A stretch of DNA of 64,000 nt, from NCBI GenBank assembly GCA_903891415.1, contig CAITEH010000033.1, positions 21,205-85,204 on the forward strand, in the 5' to 3' direction. A program made the translations under genes and the position numbers. Positions within the stretch are counted from its first letter, which is position 1. Every line of letters begins with the position of its first letter. The notes under the pieces were generated by a model. The model searched no databases and was not told where the DNA came from. It saw only the letters and a program-made list of their open reading frames with translations. Of the stretch, positions 27,622 to 35,085 are shown piece by piece. This DNA is from Candidatus Firestoneibacteriota bacterium (GTDB lineage: Bacteria > Oederibacteriota > D2-FULL-39-29).

Positions 27622-27756
27622 ATTATCACCTCGATGATATTATAGCAAAACCCGAGAGAAAAAACAATGTCTAATAAAAACCAATAAAAACCAAAATCTA
27701 AAGGAGGTCTAGCAATATGATCAAAAAATGTCTTTTCTGCGGAAGATATTATGCGC

Positions 27757-27868
27757 CAAGAAGAACTACAGCTTTATTTTTCATATTTTTTCTCCCTCTG
27801 CATATCTGAGAGTATTATACCTATAAGGCAGGTTTTTTTCCAGATGATTATAGCCGGCTTTATTATTA
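27757..27868. repeat. direct repeat copy 2 (pseudo 5' end of the adaptor gene)
   Basis: Contains an ATGAAAAATAAAGC pseudo-start (minus strand) that reads MKNKAVVLLGA then a stop. Confidence 0.85.
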
Positions 27869-27898
27869 ATATAAGAAGGACAGATGTCACTCTTTCTA

Positions 27899-28426
27899 TC
27901 ATCTGGTTTTTGAGTAGCAAAAAGTGTCTCTTGGCTTCTTGGAGACGTTCCTTATCATCCATCTTTTGAGAGTCCCTTCCAATTTCATGCCTGATTTCTG
28001 TAAAACCCGGGCTGATGCTTTGTTTGCAACGTCACAAGTTGCCCAAATCCTGTACAGTGACTTGTTTTTCATTAAAACTTTGATAAGAGCCTTCGTTGCT
28101 TCTGTCGCATAACCGCTCCCCCAGTATTTCCGTGCTAAAACATACCCTATGTCCGACTTATGACCGCTTATCCGGGCCGAGATGGAACCCATAAGCTCTC
28201 CGGAAACCTCATGTTCGATGACATAAGTGTATTCCGTTCCGGCTTTTCGCCGCGCAAGGGCACCTTTGATATAGACTCTAACAGATTCAATATTCTTATG
28301 TGGCTTCCAGATCATATATTTACTAATCTTGGGATCTGCGGCATACTCATAGATTTTATGAGCATCCGCGATGCTTGCCGGCCGTAAAACCAAGCGTCTT
28401 GTGTGAATACGTTCAGGTAGTTTCAT
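27899..28426 (-). CDS. GNAT family N-acetyltransferase (RimJ/RimL-like)
   Basis: 175 aa. TRRLVLRP ... YMIW ... IGYVLARKYWGSGYATEA. Confidence 0.85.
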   Translation of the reverse strand: MKLPERIHTRRLVLRPASIADAHKIYEYAADPKISKYMIWKPHKNIESVRVYIKGALARRKAGTEYTYVIEHEVSGELMGSISARISGHKSDIGYVLARKYWGSGYATEATKALIKVLMKNKSLYRIWATCDVANKASARVLQKSGMKLEGTLKRWMIRNVSKKPRDTFCYSKTR

Positions 28427-28556
28427 AGGAATAATATAACACGATGAGTGTTTGAATTTCTAGGGTTATAGTTATTTGACTTACCAAATGCATCATAATA
28501 ATAAATTTGTACCATACTACCCTTTTGATCCAAAGAGTGAACTATCTCTTTTTCCC

Positions 28557-29177
28557 CTATTTTTTCTTGGTTCCCGCCTCCGCTTTCGCCACTTGATAAC
28601 GGATTATAGTCAGGTATTTTTTTGTGTTGCCGGGGCCGAACATTCCCGGGCCTCTCAGGTATTCTTCTTCGTGGGCGCCGGCTATTTTGTAGCCGCCGGA
28701 GGCAATAAAGGTTTTGAGTTTTTCTATCGCCGGAGCTTCTTCGGAATACGGCCCGACATGGAGTATTTCCGCAACCTTACCGTACATCCAGGTAACAAGT
28801 TTCACATTCGGGTCTGTTCCGGCCGGAAGTTCATTAACGGTATCAGCTACAGAGACACCGTAGAGCCCCACCCATTCATTTTTTTTAGAAATGTCGGTTT
28901 CCGGCCACCTGGCCCTGGGGGCGACATATCCAAGCTTATCAACATCTTTCAAGCTGTAGTAGGTTTTGAAGAGCGTGGAAAACGCTTTCATTGCGGTCTT
29001 ATTGGGGTCTCCCATGCCTTTGTATTCAAGCATTTTCTGGTCGGTATGCTCCGAGATACAAGGTTCCAAAAGCCCTTTATACTGCTCATAGAGTTTCCCG
29101 TAGTTGTCCCCGAGGAAAAAGTAGATGCCTATAAGACATATGAACAATACCGCCAGGACCAGCAATACCTTTTTCAT
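28557..29177 (-). CDS. membrane-anchored GyrI-like/SOUL-like small-molecule-binding domain protein
   Basis: 206 aa. N-terminal TM, then a pattern (YKGMGDP ... ILHVGPYSE ... HEEEYL) typical of GyrI-like folds. Confidence 0.5.
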   Translation of the reverse strand: MKKVLLVLAVLFICLIGIYFFLGDNYGKLYEQYKGLLEPCISEHTDQKMLEYKGMGDPNKTAMKAFSTLFKTYYSLKDVDKLGYVAPRARWPETDISKKNEWVGLYGVSVADTVNELPAGTDPNVKLVTWMYGKVAEILHVGPYSEEAPAIEKLKTFIASGGYKIAGAHEEEYLRGPGMFGPGNTKKYLTIIRYQVAKAEAGTKKK

Positions 29178-29455
29178 TTTATTTTCCTCCTTTTCATTTT
29201 AATAAGTATGAGTTTTTCTTTTCTGGTAAGTTTTTTTATTTGCATTTCCCGTTTGGTTGCCGCGGAACGGTCTTTTGCTGTTCCTTGATAGACAAGTTTT
29301 ACCGGGGTACGGGTTCCGGTATATTTCGCGCCTTTTTGTTCATTATGCGCCTTGATCCTTTTTGCAACATCTTTTGCAATACCGGTATACAGAGTCTTAT
29401 CTGCGCATCTGACAATATAGACATACCAGTGTTTTTTCGTATTCTTAGCCATCAA
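29174..29455 (-). CDS. GIY-YIG nuclease family protein
   Basis: 93 aa. WYVYIVRCADKTLYTGIAKDVAKRIKAHN. Overlaps both neighbours (4 nt and 11 nt). Confidence 0.85.
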   Translation of the reverse strand: MMAKNTKKHWYVYIVRCADKTLYTGIAKDVAKRIKAHNEQKGAKYTGTRTPVKLVYQGTAKDRSAATKREMQIKKLTRKEKLILIKMKRRKIK

Positions 29456-29963
29456 CGGCCTTTTCCATTATAAGATCATCCATAACATAGCCGCCGCCTA
29501 TGTCCGTAACGAGCGCCCTTATTATTTTAAATCCGTACTTTTTATAGGCTGCTATCGCACCTGTATTATTTTTGTTAACATAAAGCGTTACCTTCCCCGC
29601 CTTATTCAGTTTTGCCACATGTGTAACAAACTCAATTGCCTGCCTTCCATACCCTTTTCCGCGATATTCCTTTTTAAGATAAACTTTGCTGAGCAAAAAA
29701 TCATTTTCTTTTTTGATAAAAGCCAGATAACCTATTTCCCTTGTCTCCCTGTCAATAACAAGGTAATACATATATCCATCCTCTATTTGTTTTTTTATCG
29801 CAGCGGCCGACTGCATTTTGGAAAGCATGTATTCTACCTGGCCTGGGGGAAGGATAGCCGTATAATGTTCTGACCAGATATCTCTGGCAAGAGTTTCTAT
29901 TTTTAGAATGGAAGTAATATCAGATGCAATAACTATATCAACTTCGTCGTTTTTTGATTCCAA
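29445..29963 (-). CDS. GNAT family N-acetyltransferase
   Basis: 172 aa. LKKEYRGKGYGRQAIEF ... AAYKKYGFK. Confidence 0.85.
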   Translation of the reverse strand: MESKNDEVDIVIASDITSILKIETLARDIWSEHYTAILPPGQVEYMLSKMQSAAAIKKQIEDGYMYYLVIDRETREIGYLAFIKKENDFLLSKVYLKKEYRGKGYGRQAIEFVTHVAKLNKAGKVTLYVNKNNTGAIAAYKKYGFKIIRALVTDIGGGYVMDDLIMEKAVDG

Positions 29964-30004
29964 GTTTTCCTCATGTTATTATTTTACCGGAAATCTCGAT
30001 CATT

Positions 30005-30274
30005 GTTCATAAGATTTGCAAGTTTCATAAAGTCTTACACAATTCTAATATCCACCTTATACTTCATGTTTAAAAATTATTATGCCGGGATTTTTATGAA
30101 ACTCTCCGAGCTTACGCACGGAGTTTCGACGATATGAAGTTTTTCAATTATTCATGCCAAATTCATCCCACGGGCTAACGCCCGGGGTTTTCTTTGTCAT
30201 AACGTCATAAATAATATTATCAATGATCTTAGGCCTTACAAACCTTAAAAACTTTATGGACCTTACAGACTTTA
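30005..30274. repeat. ORF-less copy of the inverted GTTTGTAA-array element
   Basis: Left arm GTTCATAAGATTTGCAAGTTTCATAAAGTCTTACAC (30005-30040). Right arm GGCCTTACAAACCTTAAAAACTTTATGGACCTTACAGACTTTA (30232-30274). About 190 bp non-coding between them. Confidence 0.5.
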
Positions 30275-30276
30275 TT

Positions 30277-31032
30277 TCAGCTGTAGATCATTTTTTTTGT
30301 CATTCCGCCGTCAATTACCAGATTTTGACCGGTAATAAAACCGGCTCTTTCATTATCGGCAAGGAAAAGGCAGGCCTCTGAAACATCCGAGGGTGTACCG
30401 ACTCTTCCGGCAGGATGCTGCAGAAGGTCGCTTTTCTTAAGTTTTACCTGCGCCGCGTGTCCCTTTTTTCCGAAAGCGGAGGTATCTATCCAGCCGGGAC
30501 TTATGGCATTTACTCTTATTTTATTTTCAGACAGGCTGACCGCCAGAGCATGTGTAAGCGCAAGCAAGCCGCCTTTGGAAGCCGAGTAGGGTTCTGTATT
30601 TTTTTCCGACATCAAAGCCCGGGTGGAAGAGATATTTATTATCACGCTCCCTTCCGGCATATAGGGCAGCGCGTACTTTACGCAAAGGTAAGGGCCGGTA
30701 AGGTTAACAGCAATAATTCTCTGCCATTCGGACGTTCTTCTTTTTTCTATATTTTGCCAGCCGCCTATTCCCGCATTATTTATCAGGATGTCTATTTTCT
30801 TGTGCCTGGAGACGGCTGATCTTATAAATGCTTTTATGCCCGCTTCTTTTCCCAGGTCCACCCGGAAAAATTCCACGGCTCCCCGCAGCTTTTTTGCATA
30901 TTTTATGCCCGCGGTTTTTTCGAGATCGGCTATTATTACATGCGCCCCGGCTTTTACGAAACTATCAACAATAACACTGCCTATACCAAAAACCCCGCCG
31001 GTAACAATTACGTTCTTTCCCTCTAAACCCAC
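30277..31032 (-). CDS. SDR family oxidoreductase
   Basis: 251 aa. TGGVFGIG, NNAG, and the S...YSASK catalytic pattern. Confidence 0.9.
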   Translation of the reverse strand: MGLEGKNVIVTGGVFGIGSVIVDSFVKAGAHVIIADLEKTAGIKYAKKLRGAVEFFRVDLGKEAGIKAFIRSAVSRHKKIDILINNAGIGGWQNIEKRRTSEWQRIIAVNLTGPYLCVKYALPYMPEGSVIINISSTRALMSEKNTEPYSASKGGLLALTHALAVSLSENKIRVNAISPGWIDTSAFGKKGHAAQVKLKKSDLLQHPAGRVGTPSDVSEACLFLADNERAGFITGQNLVIDGGMTKKMIYS

Positions 31033-31056
31033 AAGCAGCTCCAGATTTTAACTTTG

Positions 31057-31827
31057 TTAGAGATCCACTCCCCGGTAAAGGAACTGGTCATCAATATCTT
31101 TCGGGTTATATATTTTTTTTATTTCCTTGATAACGGTTTCCGGGGAAAACTCTTTGCAGGAGTAAACATCCACCGTAACAAATTTTTTGGGGTCTATAGT
31201 GTGGAATTGAATACCGCTCTCAATAAGCGGGACCCAGCCGGAAAAACCGGCCAGTTCCGGGTACTTGCAGCTGTCACTTCTGAAAATAAACGGCGGCGCC
31301 TGCTTTTCCATATTTATTTTCCCGGGCAGGGTCTCAAGAAAATTGTAAGCCGTGTCAAGATCGGTAAAAGGTTTTTTGGGATGGCAGTCATAAAGGTCCA
31401 GAAGCAGAGAATACCCGAAAGGCTTGGCCTTCCTCTTGGTCGGGATCTGCGAGATGATCATATCCTTTTTGTTGCCTCTCTTTATTTCGTAAGATTCCAC
31501 CTTTTTGGGTTTAAGATTATTTACTATAAGCTCCAGGCCTTTTGCGGGAATTGTCTGCGTGCCGCAGGTATAAAAATTTACCGTGGCATATTTACTTTCA
31601 GGATAAGTGTGAATAGAAGCATCACTTTCCTCAATAATCGCGGTCACTGTAACTCCCTGGGGTTTATATTTATGTGAATTCATGCTGACCATGTGCGCTT
31701 TGGAGGCCTTTATCGCGGCGGCAATAAGAGTCCTCAGATCCTCTTCATTATCCAGCAAAGCAACGCTCTCGCAATCATAAAGATCGGCTATTAAATGTGT
31801 CCCTTCTGTGGAATATTCCTCTGCCAT
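31057..31827 (-). CDS. tandem-fused S-adenosylmethionine decarboxylase-like (SpeH-type, pyruvoyl) protein
   Basis: 256 aa. The N-half (HLIADLYDC ... IIEESDASIHTYPE ... FYTCG) and C-half (LLLDLYDC ... LIESGIQFHT ... VYSC) each carry the SpeH core pattern, including an E-S self-cleavage dipeptide. Confidence 0.7.
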   Translation of the reverse strand: MAEEYSTEGTHLIADLYDCESVALLDNEEDLRTLIAAAIKASKAHMVSMNSHKYKPQGVTVTAIIEESDASIHTYPESKYATVNFYTCGTQTIPAKGLELIVNNLKPKKVESYEIKRGNKKDMIISQIPTKRKAKPFGYSLLLDLYDCHPKKPFTDLDTAYNFLETLPGKINMEKQAPPFIFRSDSCKYPELAGFSGWVPLIESGIQFHTIDPKKFVTVDVYSCKEFSPETVIKEIKKIYNPKDIDDQFLYRGVDL

Positions 31828-31996
31828 CTCTATTCTCCTTTTAAGAATTCTTTTGACAATATATTAGCATTTTTACAACTGCTTTGCCACTCAAAAGCCG
31901 TTTCACGTTCCGCCTTTTGCTGGATAATTTTACGGAAGTACCGGCGGGATCTTACCTTTAAATATTAAGTCCGGAATTGTACTCTTTCCTGCAGTA

Positions 31997-32950
31997 TCAG
32001 TTCTTTTTTTTAACACCGGTCAGGCTTTCGTAGAACTCCCTGTAGTTCTCTTTTTGAGCACTGTCCCTTAAAGCCATAGCCGCCCGGGGATGTTCATCAA
32101 GCATCCCTGCGATAGCATAAGGAATAATATAACCCCATTCAAGTTCTTTTCTCAGGGGAATGAATTCTCTTGAGATCACATCCAGGATAGGCCGGATATC
32201 ATATTTGGGGTCCTTTAAAAATCCAAGTATTAATTCCGTCGGACAATTTCCCGCGGCTCTTCCAAGCCCATAGATAGTGCAGTCAAGAAAATTTGCGCCA
32301 TGCCTTACCGCTTCAAGGGTATTTGAAAATGCCAGTTGCTGGTTATTGTGGGCATGAATGCCTATTTTCTTGCTTTTTATACAGCTTTTAGCTTTTTTAA
32401 ACAGGTGCTCGATGGACTCCTGGTATAAGGAGCCATTGCTGTCAGAGATAAAAATAACATCTGCCGCACATTTTTTTTCCAGCCGGGCAAGTACTTCATT
32501 TAATTGACCGTCAGCCGCTTTCGATACCGCCATAATATTAACCGCAGTTTCATAACCTTTGTCCGCCATCTCATTGCAAAGCTCTATTGCCTTGTCAATA
32601 TCTTTGATGTAAGTTGCAACCCTTATCATGGAAACAGGGCTTTCTTTTTTGGAACTCACCTCACCCGCGTCCACCCGGTCCACATCCATCATAACGGCTA
32701 TTTTTGTTTTGGAACTTATGCCTTCGATCACTTTTAGAATATCGCTGTCCGCGCAGAATTTCCAGGGGCCGAATTCCTCAGGAGAGAAGAGTTTCTTTGA
32801 ACTTTTGTAGCCGATTTCCATATAATCAATATTGGCTTCCGAAAGCGCTTTATAGACCTCTCTGACAAATCTCAGGCTAAACTTATGATCATTCATAAGC
32901 CCGCCGTCTCTGATCGTGCAATCCAGAACTTTTATTTTATCCTTTAACAC
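31997..32950 (-). CDS. HMGL-like (DRE-TIM) aldolase/pyruvate carboxyltransferase-domain protein
   Basis: 317 aa. LDCTIRDGG near the N-terminus and HAHNN in the barrel. Confidence 0.75.
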   Translation of the reverse strand: MLKDKIKVLDCTIRDGGLMNDHKFSLRFVREVYKALSEANIDYMEIGYKSSKKLFSPEEFGPWKFCADSDILKVIEGISSKTKIAVMMDVDRVDAGEVSSKKESPVSMIRVATYIKDIDKAIELCNEMADKGYETAVNIMAVSKAADGQLNEVLARLEKKCAADVIFISDSNGSLYQESIEHLFKKAKSCIKSKKIGIHAHNNQQLAFSNTLEAVRHGANFLDCTIYGLGRAAGNCPTELILGFLKDPKYDIRPILDVISREFIPLRKELEWGYIIPYAIAGMLDEHPRAAMALRDSAQKENYREFYESLTGVKKKN

Positions 32951-32986
32951 ATTTCTCCCTTATCTTCAGGATGTTTTTCAAAATTG

Positions 32987-33853
32987 TTATTTGCTTTCCC
33001 TGCTCTTAAGCGAGGCCTTGGACCTGGTCTCCTGTAATTTCACCCCGGACGGCCGGTGTTCCAGGATACTAAGCGACATCTCTATACATTCCGCAGCTTC
33101 CTCCGGCGACATCGTACCCAGAGCGACCATATCGCGCTCCCTGATGGTATTCCATACAAAATTAAGCCCCTGGAACGGCCTTAACATGCCGGCGGCCATG
33201 GGTTTGATGGTCAAAACCGGCTTCTTGGCGTTATTTATCATTTTTGCAGTCCAATCGCATTCTACCTGCATAAGAAAACCCGCCGCGTTATATATGGAAA
33301 TATAAGTTTCCACATCCAGGCCGGACTCATCGGCAAAAATAATTGTTTCCGGCATATGCGTGCTCAAACCCGGTATCATGTTGCGGTCACGGATCATTTT
33401 ACATATGGTATCCATCTTGCGTATCGTCCGCGTGCATTTGTCCACTACCGCGTCCGTTGTGAAAGCGTGCGGCATGCATATTTTTGCCCCAAGTTTTGCG
33501 TGGGCGTCCAGCACTTTGTTAGCCTCATCCATATCAAAGCCGTTCAGCGGAACAGCAGGAGAGATAGTCAGTAAAGGAGTAGTTATAATAACAGCTTTTA
33601 CACCCGTACGGTCTTCCGCTTCTTTTATGGCTTCAGAAAGAGGAGAGCAGGTTATCTGCCCCAGCACCGTATCAATACCCGCTTTGAAAAATACCTCAAG
33701 AATATCCGCAATTTTTTTTCTTTCCGCGACATTTTCTTTAATATAGCGATCCTTGGCTTCTGTAGCATGGCTCCAGCCCAGGAACCAGTTCGTGCCTATG
33801 ACCATCCTGGAAACGGATTGGCTCCCGATATTTGTTCTTGGAAATTTCGCCAT
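32987..33853 (-). CDS. hypothetical protein (likely alpha/beta barrel), co-transcribed with the aldolase
   Basis: 288 aa, 36-nt gap to the aldolase gene. No motif I can name. Confidence 0.55.
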   Translation of the reverse strand: MAKFPRTNIGSQSVSRMVIGTNWFLGWSHATEAKDRYIKENVAERKKIADILEVFFKAGIDTVLGQITCSPLSEAIKEAEDRTGVKAVIITTPLLTISPAVPLNGFDMDEANKVLDAHAKLGAKICMPHAFTTDAVVDKCTRTIRKMDTICKMIRDRNMIPGLSTHMPETIIFADESGLDVETYISIYNAAGFLMQVECDWTAKMINNAKKPVLTIKPMAAGMLRPFQGLNFVWNTIRERDMVALGTMSPEEAAECIEMSLSILEHRPSGVKLQETRSKASLKSRESK

Positions 33854-34098
33854 TGCAGCTCCTCCCGAATATTATTTACGCCCTTATTTATAGCATTTAA
33901 TTCCATTAATATCAAAGATAAACTAATGTTCCGGGCATAATAACCGGTTCCGGCTGCTGCCCGCTTTTTTCAGGCTAGCTTTTTACAAGAATATCCTCTT
34001 ACTTTTATAACTTTTTTATGGGTTTTTAAGTACCCGGGAACATCCGGGTATAAAAGGGACGGAAAATGTTTTTTAAATTATAACAGCCCGTCTTAATA

Positions 34099-34473
34099 TC
34101 AGCTTTTGGCTACAGCAATAACGCCGATGATTATTAAGATGGTCCCGGTGATCTTCAGGGCTGTAACAGGTTCCTTAAATATAAAAACAGAGAATAAAAA
34201 AATAAAAACATACGCCAGTGATTGAAAAGGAAAGGCAACGCTTAGCTCCACCATACTGAGGGCGATAACCCAGATCACGGAACTTGCCAGGAGCATCAGG
34301 CAGCCGAGAATAAACCATTTATTTACGAGCTTGCCGAAGGAAGAGAGCAAATTCCCCGCGGAAAAAGAAATATCCCCCGCCTGGTTGGTTCCAAGTTTCC
34401 AAAATACCTGCCCGAGCGCGATAAAAAGCACTGAGATCAATATTAAAGCTAACGCTTTTAAGCTTATGGCCAT
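34099..34473 (-). CDS. small 4-TM DMT/SMR-like membrane protein (EamA half-size)
   Basis: 124 aa with four hydrophobic helices. Resembles ArnE/EamA-type half transporters. Confidence 0.6.
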   Translation of the reverse strand: MAISLKALALILISVLFIALGQVFWKLGTNQAGDISFSAGNLLSSFGKLVNKWFILGCLMLLASSVIWVIALSMVELSVAFPFQSLAYVFIFLFSVFIFKEPVTALKITGTILIIIGVIAVAKS

Positions 34474-34539
34474 ATCCGTCCTTATTGAAAAATTGTATTT
34501 ATAGTTTACATCCGGGTGTTCCGTTTGTCAACTGCATCT

Positions 34540-34686
34540 TTATTCAGCCAGAAATTCCTCAAGAAGAGAAAAGTGTGTGGTTTTTCTTGTAGTTGCTCAA
34601 TTTATTGAGCTCTTTAAGGCGCCCGATGAATCGGGCAACTACAAAATCACTTAAATAACTGTCATAAGGAATTTCTGTTATTCAGC
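34540..34686. mobile_element. MITE-like element (129 bp) with 11-bp perfect TIRs and a 9-bp target-site-type duplication
   Basis: TIR CAGAAATTCCT (34549-34559) / AGGAATTTCTG (34667-34677). Flanking TTATTCAGC at 34540-34548 and 34678-34686. Internal stem TGTAGTTGC...GCAACTACA encloses two hairpins. Confidence 0.65.
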
Positions 34687-34750
34687 ATTTTTTAATTTAC
34701 GCAAAGCTGTTTTGCCGGCATTTGCCTTTTGCTTTTCCATATTTTTTTAA

Positions 34751-34779
34751 TTGCAAGAGCAGGCAATTCTTGCTAAAAT
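34751..34779 (+). promoter_or_regulatory. near-consensus sigma70 promoter with no downstream ORF
   Basis: TTGCAA, 17-nt spacer, TAAAAT. The spacer contains the inverted repeat GCAAGA...TCTTGC. Confidence 0.45.
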
Positions 34780-34785
34780 AGTAAA

Positions 34786-35031
34786 CAGTTGCGTAAACAA
34801 AATATCAGGGGTGGAAAACCTTAAAAACTATGGTTCCTTGCTCTTATTGAGTAATGAAACAAAGAAAGCTTTTATCGATAAGAAAAGACATTTTTCATCC
34901 TAAAAGGTTGACACAAATATAACGGGGCCGACGCTATTCCCTATCTGGCGTTCCGTTTCACCCCTTGAGTACCGAATAGGAACGCCTATCGGCCCCATAA
35001 AAAAACCCGAAATATTTTTCGGGTTTTTTTT
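34786..35031 (+). ncRNA. candidate ~245-nt small RNA (unclassified) ending in a 74-nt structured module plus terminator
   Basis: Promoter at 34751-34779. The longest ORF I saw in this span is 22 codons and lacks an RBS. 34924-34997 folds as GGGGCCGA/TCGGCCCC closing GGCGTTCC/GGAACGCC. An intrinsic terminator follows at 34999-35031. Confidence 0.3.
34999..35031. terminator. bidirectional intrinsic terminator
   Basis: AAAAAAACCCGAAA-tat-TTTTCGGGTTTTTTTT, with an A-run and a T-run on either side. On the minus strand it lies downstream of the response-regulator gene. Confidence 0.75.
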
Positions 35032-35085
35032 CTTTGCAGCTTGCGGCATCCTGAACGGCAGAATTCCGCGCTATTGAGTTGATCA

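Noticed and set aside
27673-27697. Tandem AATAAAAACC repeated about 2.5 times
   Set aside because: It is too short and AT-rich to be a CRISPR array or meaningful satellite. It is likely promoter-region low complexity of the toxin-antitoxin operon.
28476-29288. 270-aa + ORF
   Set aside because: It is antisense to the GyrI-like and GIY-YIG genes and crosses their overlap.
31054-31677. 207-aa + ORF
   Set aside because: It is antisense to the tandem AdoMetDC-like gene, whose frame carries two sets of family motifs.
34924-34997. 74-nt segment with a 7-bp GGGGCCG/CGGCCCC acceptor-like stem and tRNA-like length
   Set aside because: It has no T-loop (GTTCRANYC), no D-arm pattern and no anticodon arm of the correct geometry, and no 3' CCA follows. 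It is kept only as part of the candidate sRNA.
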